Notes: generated from the sequence alone by a model not told the origin. A stretch of DNA of 32,000 bases from Methanomicrobium mobile BP (GCF_000711215.1 NZ_JOMF01000008.1:13314-45313); one strand, 5' to 3'; shown: positions 16,398 to 24,443, numbered from the stretch's first letter. A program made the numbers and translations.

Positions 16398-17126
16398 TTA
16401 TTTTCTGCCGGCGCAGACCGTACACTTCGGATTCTTCGCAAACGGCATTATCGTCGACTCCGCCTCAAGACCGTCCCAGATGAAAAGGCGGTTTGTAAGA
16501 AGTCTGCCGCGTCCCGTGAGGTACTTAATGACCTCGTTCGCCTGAATCGAGCCGATTATCGCCGGAGTCGTCCCCAGAACCGGCGAAACCTCCGCGGGTG
16601 CGGCATTGGGAAAGAGACAGCTCAGACAGCCGGTCTCGCCCGGGACAATCGTCGTCGCCTGCCCGTGAAAACCCCTGACGGCGCCGTGGAAGAGCGGAAT
16701 GCTCTTATCCACCGCCGTCTCGTTCAGGACATAGCGGGTCGCAAAATTATCCATCGCATCGACGATTCCGTCGGCATCCCCGACAATCCTCTCCGCCGAC
16801 GACGAATCGATAGTACCGTCGAAAGTAATCACCTCAATCTCCGGATTGAGCGCCGTAAGCTTATCGCGTGCCGAAAATACCTTTTCGTATCCGATATCCG
16901 CGGAACGGTGCAGAATCTGCCGGTTCAGATTCGAAAGCTCAATCTTATCGCGGTCGGCGACCACAAGCGTCCCCACGCCCGCCGCCGCAAGATAATACAG
17001 CACCGGTGAACCCAGACCTCCGGCGCCCGCAACAAAGATCTTTGCGTTCTTCAACTTCTCCTGACCCTCTTCGCCGAAGATCATAATCTGACGCTTATAT
17101 CGGCTCAGTTCATCCTCAGATATCAT
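16398..17126 (-). CDS. ThiF/MoeB/UbaA-type E1-like adenylyltransferase
   Basis: RYKRQI start motif, Rossmann GAGGLGSP, DRDKIELSNLNRQ, two CxxC pairs (CLSC, CTVC) for structural Zn. 242 aa, no rhodanese domain. Confidence 0.9.
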   Translation of the reverse strand: MISEDELSRYKRQIMIFGEEGQEKLKNAKIFVAGAGGLGSPVLYYLAAAGVGTLVVADRDKIELSNLNRQILHRSADIGYEKVFSARDKLTALNPEIEVITFDGTIDSSSAERIVGDADGIVDAMDNFATRYVLNETAVDKSIPLFHGAVRGFHGQATTIVPGETGCLSCLFPNAAPAEVSPVLGTTPAIIGSIQANEVIKYLTGRGRLLTNRLFIWDGLEAESTIMPFAKNPKCTVCAGRK

Positions 17127-17191
17127 AATCTAAAGTTGGCTTGCCGCAGATAAAAAAACATATCTTGTTTTTTGCCGTTCTTATCTGTATA

Positions 17192-17935
17192 ATGAATAAA
17201 ATCAATAATACGGATAAATCGGCCTCAAAGATAACAGCGGAAATCACGGATGATATCCTGAAACATTCGACACCCGGGTTTGAAAGGGTACAGGCGCGTT
17301 TCTTTAAGGAAGAAATAAAAATACGCGGCACGAGATCCGAGGACGTCAAAAAAATAACGCAGAAACACTGGAAAAATATCAAAAATCTCGGCAAAGAAGA
17401 GATACTCGCAATCTGCGAGGAACTCTATAAGACAGGATACCTCGAAGAAACCCTCGCAGCCCCGGGATTCCTCTCGAAACTTCAAAAAGAATACACCGCC
17501 GGAGACATCCGCCGTTTCGAACACCTCATAGACCGCTACATCAAAAACTGGGCAGCCTGCGACGGATTCTGCACACGCGTGATGGGCGATTACCTCGAAA
17601 AATACTCCGAAAACCTGCCGGTTCTCAAAGAATGGGCACACTCCGAAAACCTCTGGCTCAGGCGTGCCGCGGCGGTATCCCTGATTAAACCCGCAAGAAA
17701 AGGGAAATACCTTGAAGAAGCCTTAGGAATCGCCGACATCCTCCTCCGCGACGGCGAAGACATGGTGCAGAAAGGCTACGGCTGGCTCTTAAAGGAGGAA
17801 AGCCGCCGGCACACGCGGGAAGTCCTTGACTATGTCGTAAGGAACAAGAAAGAAATGCCGCGAACCGCCCTGCGATACGCAATCGAACTCATGCCGAAAG
17901 CAATGAAAGAAGAGGCAATGAAGAAGGACTTCTGA
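17192..17935 (+). CDS. DNA alkylation repair protein (AlkD-like HEAT-repeat, PF08713-type)
   Basis: All-helical repeats. SENLWLRRAAAVSL and VQKGYGWLLKE motifs typical of the DNA_alkylation family. ATG at 17192 preferred over the TTG at 17141 in the ORF track. Confidence 0.7.
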   Translation: MNKINNTDKSASKITAEITDDILKHSTPGFERVQARFFKEEIKIRGTRSEDVKKITQKHWKNIKNLGKEEILAICEELYKTGYLEETLAAPGFLSKLQKEYTAGDIRRFEHLIDRYIKNWAACDGFCTRVMGDYLEKYSENLPVLKEWAHSENLWLRRAAAVSLIKPARKGKYLEEALGIADILLRDGEDMVQKGYGWLLKEESRRHTREVLDYVVRNKKEMPRTALRYAIELMPKAMKEEAMKKDF

Positions 17936-17982
17936 AAAGCACAAAAACACGGATTTTGAAAAACACGGAATAAAGCACGGTA

Positions 17983-18054
17983 TGCGCCGACCGGGAATCG
18001 AACCCGGATTTGAGCGTTGGGAACGCTCAGTGATAACCGCTACACTACCGGCGC
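17983..18054 (-). tRNA. tRNA-Gly (anticodon CCC)
   Basis: Reverse complement GCGCCGGTAGTGTAGCGGTTATCACTGAGCGTTCCCAACGCTCAAATCCGGGTTCGATTCCCGGTCGGCGCA folds as a cloverleaf. 7-bp acceptor, anticodon loop TTCCCAA, T-arm CCGGG/TTCGATT/CCCGG. No encoded CCA. Confidence 0.92.
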
Positions 18055-18099
18055 AGAAATACTGCCTCCGCTATCGGACTTAAACTCTAAAAACGAAGA

Positions 18100-18171
18100 T
18101 GCACCGACCGGGACTCGAACCCGAGTTTAGGCGTTGGCAACGCCTAGTGATAACCACTACACTATCGGTGC
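18100..18171 (-). tRNA. tRNA-Gly (anticodon GCC)
   Basis: Reverse complement GCACCGATAGTGTAGTGGTTATCACTAGGCGTTGCCAACGCCTAAACTCGGGTTCGAGTCCCGGTCGGTGCA. Acceptor GCACCGA/TCGGTGC, anticodon loop TTGCCAA. No encoded CCA. Confidence 0.92.
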
Positions 18172-18354
18172 ACTGTGATGCATTCCACACACGTGGTGCT
18201 CTACAATATACGCATTTTTCAGTTATAAACATTTTGAAACGCTGTCAGCCGCACTTATGACACGCTTCGTATGCACCCGGGACACTCCTGTCCGCCGTCA
18301 CCGTCACCCGTTCAACCCCTAAAAACACGACATCTTAAAAAGTGCGGTAAAAAG

Positions 18355-18438
18355 TGCGAGGCGCAGGATTCGAACCTGCGAACTACTGAAGACCGGACCC
18401 TAAATCCGGCGCCTTTGACCGGGCTCGGCAAGCCTCGC
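18355..18438 (-). tRNA. tRNA-Leu (anticodon UAG), class II with long variable arm
   Basis: Reverse complement GCGAGGCTTGCCGAGCCCGGTCAAAGGCGCCGGATTTAGGGTCCGGTCTTCAGTAGTTCGCAGGTTCGAATCCTGCGCCTCGCA. Acceptor GCGAGGC/GCCTCGC, anticodon loop TTTAGGG, T-arm GCAGG/TTCGAAT/CCTGC. Confidence 0.9.
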
Positions 18439-18603
18439 AAAAACAACGAAAGCAACTCTCACGCCGGCGGATTGCAGGCATATTGCGGGCAGATTCCGTC
18501 CGGAAGAATGTGCGGAATAGTTTTGTCTTTAAACAATAATTAAGTCATTGGATAAATCGGATATAATAGCGAACTTATTAAAAACAGGACATGACTAATT
18601 ATT

Positions 18604-18651
18604 AATAACCAACTTAATAACCAACTTAATAACCAACTCAATAACCAACTT
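18604..18651. repeat. 12-bp tandem repeat aataaccaactt x4 (one copy with a single mismatch), ~107 bp upstream of the first eha gene
   Basis: 18604-18615, 18616-18627, 18628-18639 (ends c instead of t) and 18640-18651, read directly from the sequence. Confidence 0.9.
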
Positions 18652-18757
18652 CTCTCGGAACATTTTCCTAAAAATACTTGAAAATGTGGCATTTCCAAAA
18701 CCTTTATGGTAAATTCGAAGAGAAGAGTTAACATTGTAAACTTGACGGGTCACGAAC

Positions 18758-19246
18758 ATGCTCACCGAAATCGCACAGATAATCATCGCTTTTGCCGTCT
18801 CATTCATCCTTTACGTAACAATCGATGTACTGGCGGGTCTTCCGAAAGAAGGCGGCGTCTGCGGGGCTGCGGCAATCGGCGAGGCCGTGGAGAAGAGCGG
18901 CGGCGACATCCACGGCGGATACATGCTCGGAAACATCGTCTGCTCGCCTGATGCCTCGGCGGGAACCCTGCTTGCCGCCTGCGGAGTCTGCCTCTTCGGA
19001 CTCTGGGGAGGACTCATCGCCGCGGTCTTCGTCTATATCGGCAACCGAATCTGCAGCGACAAAGGCTATGCGGGAACCGCGGGTGCACTCGTCGCGACTT
19101 TGGTCATCTGGGGACTTGCGAATGCGGGACTCATCGCTCCGCAGTCCTTCATCGCCGGCATGGTCCTTGCAATACTCGTCATTCAAGGAATATCGCATAA
19201 ATACGCAAGCAGACTGCTTGGAAAACTCTGGAGACTGAGAGCATGA
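18758..19246 (+). CDS. Eha-type hydrogenase operon gene 1: polytopic integral membrane subunit (EhaA position)
   Basis: 162 aa, hydrophobic with Gly/Ala-rich helices. First of a run of translationally coupled membrane-protein genes ending in NuoH/NuoB/NuoD-like subunits. Confidence 0.6.
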   Translation: MLTEIAQIIIAFAVSFILYVTIDVLAGLPKEGGVCGAAAIGEAVEKSGGDIHGGYMLGNIVCSPDASAGTLLAACGVCLFGLWGGLIAAVFVYIGNRICSDKGYAGTAGALVATLVIWGLANAGLIAPQSFIAGMVLAILVIQGISHKYASRLLGKLWRLRA

Positions 19247-19551
19247 TCCCCGAAATCACGGAACTGTCCCTGCCGGCACTCATCTGCGCAGTCGCGGCGC
19301 TCTACTCCTGCATAAGAATAGTCCTCGAGAAGAACACCCTCAGGAAACTGCCGTTCTTAAACGTCCTCACCTTCGCGGTCACGGGCATAATCGTCCTGAT
19401 ATGCCCGACACCGCTCGGGATAGCGGCGGCATGCGCATACTTCATAGGCTCCACGCTCGAATCCAACGCAATCGCAAGCACATGGGCAAAACGCGCCGAA
19501 AAAGAGAAGAAGGACGCGCAGGAGAAGGCTGACGGGGAGGCGGCACAATGA
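19243..19551 (+). CDS. Eha operon gene 2: small integral membrane subunit
   Basis: 102 aa, about 3 hydrophobic helices plus a charged C-tail. ATGA overlap with gene 1. Confidence 0.6.
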   Translation: MIPEITELSLPALICAVAALYSCIRIVLEKNTLRKLPFLNVLTFAVTGIIVLICPTPLGIAAACAYFIGSTLESNAIASTWAKRAEKEKKDAQEKADGEAAQ

Positions 19552-19778
19552 ACGGCATACTCATCGTCATACTCGCCGCAGCCGTACTCATCGGCACATT
19601 CGGGGCGGCAATCTCCAAAAATCCCTTTGACAAACTGATATACCTGTCAATGATCTTTGCCGGAGCGCTCCCCTTCATAATCGAAAAAGGCTACCTCGAC
19701 ATGGCAATCGCCGCCGCCGTCATAGTGCCCGTGACCACAATCATCACGCTTCAGGCAGTCTGGAGGTGCAGGGAATGA
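19548..19778 (+). CDS. Eha operon gene 3: small integral membrane subunit
   Basis: 76 aa, about 3 hydrophobic segments. ATGA overlap with gene 2. Confidence 0.6.
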   Translation: MNGILIVILAAAVLIGTFGAAISKNPFDKLIYLSMIFAGALPFIIEKGYLDMAIAAAVIVPVTTIITLQAVWRCRE

Positions 19779-20026
19779 CACCCGTATTCCTGCTTGGAAT
19801 GATTCTTCTGATAATCGGTGCGGCAGCGGTCGCATTCCCGACTAAGAAGACTTACCTTACCCGTCTCATCAACCTTGAGATAGCCGAGTTCGGACTCCTG
19901 CTCGTCATGCTGGACTACGACGAGACGCTCGCGCTCATAACCTTCCTCACGGTATCGGCGGTAAGCACCTTCATCTTCGTCCGCGTCCTCGAAAAGAAGG
20001 AATGCGAAAGGAGGGGATGCAATTGA
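19775..20026 (+). CDS. Eha operon gene 4: small integral membrane subunit
   Basis: About 83 aa from the ATG at 19775 (ATGA overlap with gene 3, matching the coupling pattern of the operon). The ORF track uses a GTG at 19766. Confidence 0.55.
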   Translation: MTPVFLLGMILLIIGAAAVAFPTKKTYLTRLINLEIAEFGLLLVMLDYDETLALITFLTVSAVSTFIFVRVLEKKECERRGCN

Positions 20027-20481
20027 TAATACGTAAGGTATCCCGCATACTTCAGAACCACAACAATCTGACTGCGGTCTACGCCCTCGTGGTCATAATA
20101 GTCGCGGCAATCGGGCTGATAAGCATAGCCGCGGGTGAGATAACCTTCGAGAAAGACCAGCTCTATCCCAAGACAATAAACCCCGACAGCCCGCTCAACC
20201 CCTACGACCGCGGCGGCTCGCCCTTCGTGCCCGCGGATATAAAGGCGCAATACCCGGGCAACTTCCCCGCAATCGGCTACATAACGGGATACCTATCGCC
20301 CTTTGCGACGGCGCTAATAAAGATCTCGCCCTACTTCGGAACGACCATAGTCGCACACCCTGGCGGCATCCTCGACGAGATACTCTACGCCACGAGAGGT
20401 CTGGACACCATAGTCGAGACAAGCATCCTCTTTGTCGCCTTTACCACCGCAATGTTCCTCTTCAGGAGGGATGAAGAATGA
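20002..20481 (+). CDS. Eha operon gene 5: membrane-anchored subunit with an extramembrane domain
   Basis: 159 aa with one N-terminal and one C-terminal hydrophobic helix. Alternative start at 20017. Start uncertain. Confidence 0.55.
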   Translation: MRKEGMQLIIRKVSRILQNHNNLTAVYALVVIIVAAIGLISIAAGEITFEKDQLYPKTINPDSPLNPYDRGGSPFVPADIKAQYPGNFPAIGYITGYLSPFATALIKISPYFGTTIVAHPGGILDEILYATRGLDTIVETSILFVAFTTAMFLFRRDEE

Positions 20482-21224
20482 TTGCGGCAATCTCCGCATT
20501 TGCGGCAACGGCAACGGCGATAACGACGTCAGCAACGGGAACGGCGGGAACCCTGACATCGTTAACCGTCGGAGAGATTGAACTCTTCGGTCTTTCGAAT
20601 TTCACGATAGGACTCGTCGGCGCAATCATCTGCATCTTCATAAGTTTCTATGCCCTGATGCGCGAGAAGGACGACCTGCACAGGCTCCTCCTCACCGACC
20701 TCATCGAGGTCATAGCCCTCATAGCAATCGCCCTCCTCGGAACCGACCTTGCCGAAGCCCTCATACTCCCGGGTCTCGTCGTCGGAGTCGCGGAACTCAC
20801 GGCAATGTCTCAGATATACATCGTCAAGGAGAAACTCGTCCGCGAACCCGAGAGCTACCTCGACATCGAGGTAATGCACACGGCACCGGCAATAATCGCC
20901 GTCGGAATGCTCATCTACGGCATAATCCTCTCGGGATTCACCGGCGGCGCCGTCGCCGGTCTGGGCATGCTCTTCTACTTCGCATGCAAAGGAACCGAAG
21001 AGAAGACCGAGATCCTCGAGAAAGTCAGCGGCTACGCATGGGTCATGTGGGTCGTCGCCTTCATCGTCTTCATGACACTGCCGGCATACTGGTTCTTCGC
21101 ACTCATGCTTGCGGGAACGGGCATACTCGCCAAAGTGGCAATCAAGATCTCGATACTCGGAACAATGAGAAAGAACGACGGCAGCGGCGGCAGAAGAAGC
21201 ATGGGAGGTAACGGCAATGTATGA
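20478..21224 (+). CDS. Eha operon gene 6: polytopic integral membrane subunit with membrane-embedded acidic residues
   Basis: 248 aa. LLTDLIEVIALIAIALLGTDLAEALILPG suggests charged residues within helices, as in cation-translocating Mrp/Nuo small subunits. ATGA overlap with gene 5. Confidence 0.6.
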   Translation: MIAAISAFAATATAITTSATGTAGTLTSLTVGEIELFGLSNFTIGLVGAIICIFISFYALMREKDDLHRLLLTDLIEVIALIAIALLGTDLAEALILPGLVVGVAELTAMSQIYIVKEKLVREPESYLDIEVMHTAPAIIAVGMLIYGIILSGFTGGAVAGLGMLFYFACKGTEEKTEILEKVSGYAWVMWVVAFIVFMTLPAYWFFALMLAGTGILAKVAIKISILGTMRKNDGSGGRRSMGGNGNV

Positions 21225-21939
21225 AGCAATGACCGCCTCCGTGACCGCTTCCATGCCCGTATCCGAATCGGCATACGGGTTCACGCAGACGGATATCGAG
21301 GGACAGGCACTCTTCAGCCTGCCCTTCGGCGACATAGTCAACTTCCTCACGCCGTACACGGCAGTGCTCTTCGTATTTGCGCTGACGTTCACGATAATCG
21401 CGCTCATATCAAAGCCCGAACGTCAGGTCGACACGGTGATGGGCGGCGACGCCTACTACACCAAGGACATATCGCGCGAGACCCTGAGATTCCAGCGCTT
21501 CATGGCAATCGCCTGCGGACTTGCGACCATGGGCGGAATAATGGCGGGAGACGTCTTCAACTTCACGCTCTTCACCGCCTTCATTGGAATAACGAATATC
21601 GGAATAGTCGCGGCGGTAAAGAACAAACACATCCTCGACAACGCCTTTGAATACGGACTTCTCGCAATGATAGGCACCCTGCCGCTCTTCGTCGGCGCAG
21701 CCCTCGTCCTTGCGACGACGGGAACGCTCTCGATGTGGATACTCTTCACCCCCGAAGTCGCCGTCCCGCTCTTTGCGAAACTCCTCCTCGTAATCGGAGT
21801 CATCGCCGAAGGAATGGCACCCGTATTCGTGGCAAAAGCCGAGATCACCCGTGCCCCGGGCGCACCCTACATCCTCATGGTCCATGTCAGCTCGCTCCTG
21901 ATATTCCTGAGGGTAATCGAGATAGTAATCTCCATGTGA
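21217..21939 (+). CDS. ehaH: Eha operon gene 7: truncated NuoL/M/N (antiporter-like) family membrane subunit, EhaH-like
   Basis: 240 aa. The segment GDVFNFTLFTAFIGITNIGIVAAVKNKHILDNAFEYGLLAMIGTLPLFVGAALVLATTGTLSM resembles the conserved TM core of the NuoL/M/N family. GGAGGT SD 7 nt upstream. Confidence 0.5.
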   Translation: MYEAMTASVTASMPVSESAYGFTQTDIEGQALFSLPFGDIVNFLTPYTAVLFVFALTFTIIALISKPERQVDTVMGGDAYYTKDISRETLRFQRFMAIACGLATMGGIMAGDVFNFTLFTAFIGITNIGIVAAVKNKHILDNAFEYGLLAMIGTLPLFVGAALVLATTGTLSMWILFTPEVAVPLFAKLLLVIGVIAEGMAPVFVAKAEITRAPGAPYILMVHVSSLLIFLRVIEIVISM

Positions 21940-22027
21940 GGATAAAACGGTGAGAATAAGACATTGATGAAAAACGGTGAATAAACGACGGTGAATAAGA
22001 CTGTGAATAAAATACGGTGATAAAAAG
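21940..22027 (+). promoter_or_regulatory. Intra-operon spacer containing about 5 tandem ~13-bp acggtga(a)taa units (SD-like GGTGA array rich in stop codons)
   Basis: ggtga at 21949, 21976, 21990 and 22016, plus tgtga at 22002. The last copy (GGTGAT, 22016-22021) lies 6 nt before the ATG at 22028. Confidence 0.6.
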
Positions 22028-22258
22028 ATGATTCGAAAAGAAACCGAAAAGAAGATCTCTAAAGATCAGGCAAAGGCGGCTGCATTAATATCGGCGATCA
22101 TCTGCATCACGGCATCGGCGCTTGCATTCACGGGACATATCAACGGCTGGCTGGGAGCGGGAATCGTCGTCGTCGCATTCCCCGTATTTGTATTGTCGCT
22201 CTTCACGGCACTGCGCGAATCGACAAAAGACGGAGATTATCCGTTCGTGGGGTATTAA
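22028..22258 (+). CDS. Eha operon gene 8: small two-helix membrane subunit
   Basis: 76 aa. Charged N-terminus, then two hydrophobic helices. Confidence 0.55.
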   Translation: MIRKETEKKISKDQAKAAALISAIICITASALAFTGHINGWLGAGIVVVAFPVFVLSLFTALRESTKDGDYPFVGY

Positions 22259-22277
22259 GGAGTAGGAGCGAGATAGC

Positions 22278-23135
22278 ATGATGATTCTTCTGTATATAAT
22301 ATTCGCGGTCATTGTCGGTCTTCTCTTCCACGGAATCCACCGTAAGGTCATAGCCAGAATTCAGACAAGACCCGGACCTCCCATATGGCAGGAATTCCTC
22401 CATGTAATGAAGTTCTCCTTCAAACAGACGTGGATACCCAAGACCGCCTCGAAAGTCCTCTTCGTCGCCATCGTCCCCGCCGTCATCGCCATATGGGCGG
22501 GAGCGCTCTATGTCCTGTTCACCGGCGGCAGCCTGCTCGTCATATTCGGAGTATACCTGCTCCACAAGATAACCGAGCACGGTCTGGGACTCTCGTCCGG
22601 CTCGCCCTACGGCAAGTTAGGGGCAATCCGTTCCGTTCTCTCCGCGGCATCCGAGATACCCCTAATAGCCTCGATTGCGGGCATATACTTCGTCACGGGC
22701 TCGCTAATGATAAGCGACATCGTCGCATATCAGGCGGATCACGGAATCCTCCTCATAACCGCACTTCCCATAGCCCTTGCAATGTATGTCATCATACTCT
22801 CCAAAGTCCCCTACAGCCCCTTCGGCATAATCGAGGCGAAAGAGATAGTCAGCGGCAACAAAACCGAGCATTTCGGCGCATTCAGGGCGGGGCTCGAAGT
22901 CGGTTTCGCACTCAAGACCTTCGTCCTTCTCGCGGTCTTCGTAACCCTCTTCATAGGCGCAATGCCCTTCTGGATGCTCCTTATAGCTTCACTGATACTG
23001 CTCCTCACAATGTCCTTCATCTGCGCCTTAACGCCGATGCTGTCGCCGTATGACGCCGTGACAATCCAGATAGGGGTAATAATCATAGTGATAATCTACA
23101 TGGCTTTCATCGCATTCGCGGGAGGTATGCCGTAA
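22278..23135 (+). CDS. ehaJ: Eha operon gene 9: NuoH/HycD/EchB-family integral membrane subunit (EhaJ-like)
   Basis: HRKVIARIQTRPGPP (NuoH motif ERK..A..Q.R.GP) and SSGSPYGKLGAIRSVLSAASEIPL (NuoH S.YxxxGxxR...Q..SYE-like). 285 aa, about 8 TMS. Confidence 0.8.
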   Translation: MMILLYIIFAVIVGLLFHGIHRKVIARIQTRPGPPIWQEFLHVMKFSFKQTWIPKTASKVLFVAIVPAVIAIWAGALYVLFTGGSLLVIFGVYLLHKITEHGLGLSSGSPYGKLGAIRSVLSAASEIPLIASIAGIYFVTGSLMISDIVAYQADHGILLITALPIALAMYVIILSKVPYSPFGIIEAKEIVSGNKTEHFGAFRAGLEVGFALKTFVLLAVFVTLFIGAMPFWMLLIASLILLLTMSFICALTPMLSPYDAVTIQIGVIIIVIIYMAFIAFAGGMP

Positions 23136-23470
23136 TGGAAATCGAAAAGCGACTTAAAATTCAGCATGCGGCAGTTCTCTGCTTTGCCGTCTACGCACTC
23201 ATCCTCGTATGGCAGTGCGCCGAAAAGACCTCGACGGCACTGAGCGTCTCAATCCTAATCGTCATCTTCGCCGTCACCGCAGGCATTCTCATGACGGGGA
23301 CGGGCACAAAGGACACGGCGAACGGAAAGAACGGTGCGGACGGAGACGTTGCCGCATACGAAAAGAGAGAACATGCCGTTCATGTCGGCGAGATGGCTCT
23401 GGTATGGCTCTGCATACTGCTCTTCTTCGCATACGGCATATATTACGTATTCATCGCGGGGGTGATGTGA
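23135..23470 (+). CDS. Eha operon gene 10: small integral membrane subunit (EhaK/L position)
   Basis: 111 aa, about 3 hydrophobic helices. TAATG overlap with gene 9. Confidence 0.55.
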   Translation: MEIEKRLKIQHAAVLCFAVYALILVWQCAEKTSTALSVSILIVIFAVTAGILMTGTGTKDTANGKNGADGDVAAYEKREHAVHVGEMALVWLCILLFFAYGIYYVFIAGVM

Positions 23471-23946
23471 TGCCCGACTTCGTCTACGAAAAGAACCTCT
23501 GCGGCATGAAACTCAATGTTCTTGCCTGCCCGAATCAGGACGCATGCACGGCGGCGATAGCGGAGATTATCGGCGTCGGCAAACAGGTGCTGCGCAGATT
23601 CCTCATCGAACAGCTGGACATGGCATACCTCGAGAACATCCCCGCAAGATACGACTCGTGGCGGAAATTCTACGCGGAGAATAAAACCGATAAACTGCCG
23701 ATAGCGGCGCTATTCACCGATTATCTCCCCGTGCAGACGCCGGAGATGGCAAAAGTTCAGGGCAGGTATGCCGCACTCATAAGGTCGGGAACCGCAAAAG
23801 AGGATGCCGAAAAGGAATGCATAAGCCTTATCGCCGCAATCGTCTCCGACGCGGGCAACCAGCACCATACCGCCGGAAAATCGAATCTGACGAAGAATTC
23901 GGCACCGAGATACACGGCGCCGGAAAGGACGGGAGGTCAGGAATGA
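23470..23946 (+). CDS. Eha operon gene 11: hydrophilic subunit of unknown function (EhaM position)
   Basis: 158 aa from the ATG at 23470 (TGATG overlap with gene 10). No hydrophobic helices. The upstream part of track ORF 23209-23946 overlaps gene 10 in another frame and is Arg-rich shadow sequence. Confidence 0.55.
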   Translation: MPDFVYEKNLCGMKLNVLACPNQDACTAAIAEIIGVGKQVLRRFLIEQLDMAYLENIPARYDSWRKFYAENKTDKLPIAALFTDYLPVQTPEMAKVQGRYAALIRSGTAKEDAEKECISLIAAIVSDAGNQHHTAGKSNLTKNSAPRYTAPERTGGQE

Positions 23947-24443
23947 GCATAATTCAGTCAATAAAAAACAAGGTAAGACAGCGTTCAATCCATGTCTGCT
24001 ACGTAAACGTCGGTTCATGCAACGGCTGCGATATCGAGATTCTGGCATGCCTTGCACCGCGTTACGATATCGAGCAGTACGGAATCTATGTCCACAACAA
24101 CCCGCGTGAAGCCGATATTCTCCTGATCACCGGCGCCTTCACCGAGCAGTGGGAGGACAAACTCAAGCACCTCTGGGACCTCATCCCCGAACCCAAAGCC
24201 GCGATTACAATCGGCAACTGCCCCGTATCGGGCTGCGCCTACAACCGCCGCGGCGCAAGAATAGACCCGCCGGTCTCAAAGCATATCCCCGTCGCCGCCA
24301 ACATCCCCGGCTGTCCGCCGCGCCCGACCGAGATAATCGGCACCATACTCGAGCTGGCGCCGGTCGTCTTCAAGGACTACGAAGAGAAGAAAGCGAAAGA
24401 AGCGGCGGAAACCGAGCGCAAGACAAAGGGGGCAAAGAAATGA
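23943..24443 (+). CDS. ehaN: [NiFe] hydrogenase small subunit, NuoB-like (EhaN-like)
   Basis: Cysteine ligands for one proximal [4Fe-4S]: VGSCNGCDIE, IGNCPVSG, IPGCPPRP. ATGA overlaps with both neighbours. 166 aa. Confidence 0.88.
   Translation: MSIIQSIKNKVRQRSIHVCYVNVGSCNGCDIEILACLAPRYDIEQYGIYVHNNPREADILLITGAFTEQWEDKLKHLWDLIPEPKAAITIGNCPVSGCAYNRRGARIDPPVSKHIPVAANIPGCPPRPTEIIGTILELAPVVFKDYEEKKAKEAAETERKTKGAKK

Noticed and set aside
18271-18543. 90-aa + strand ORF between the tRNAs and the eha operon.
   Set aside because: It runs straight across the minus-strand tRNA-Leu gene (18355-18438). The translation is Pro/Ser/Arg-rich with no motif, so it is an artefact of the structured RNA gene and the GC-rich flank.
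18540-18807. Two minus-strand ORFs (64 and 70 aa) with SWLLSWLLSWLL / LVIKLVIKLVI periodic peptides.
   Set aside because: The periodic peptides are simply the translation of the 12-bp x4 DNA repeat at 18604-18651. The ORFs also overlap the ehaA-position gene start region, and there is no independent coding evidence.
18604-22027. Possibility that the short tandem repeats (12-bp x4 at 18604; ~13-bp x5 at 21940) are a CRISPR array or its remnant.
   Set aside because: The units are far too short (12-13 bp versus 24-48 bp). They are directly abutting with no unique spacers. No cas genes or leader-like context are present.
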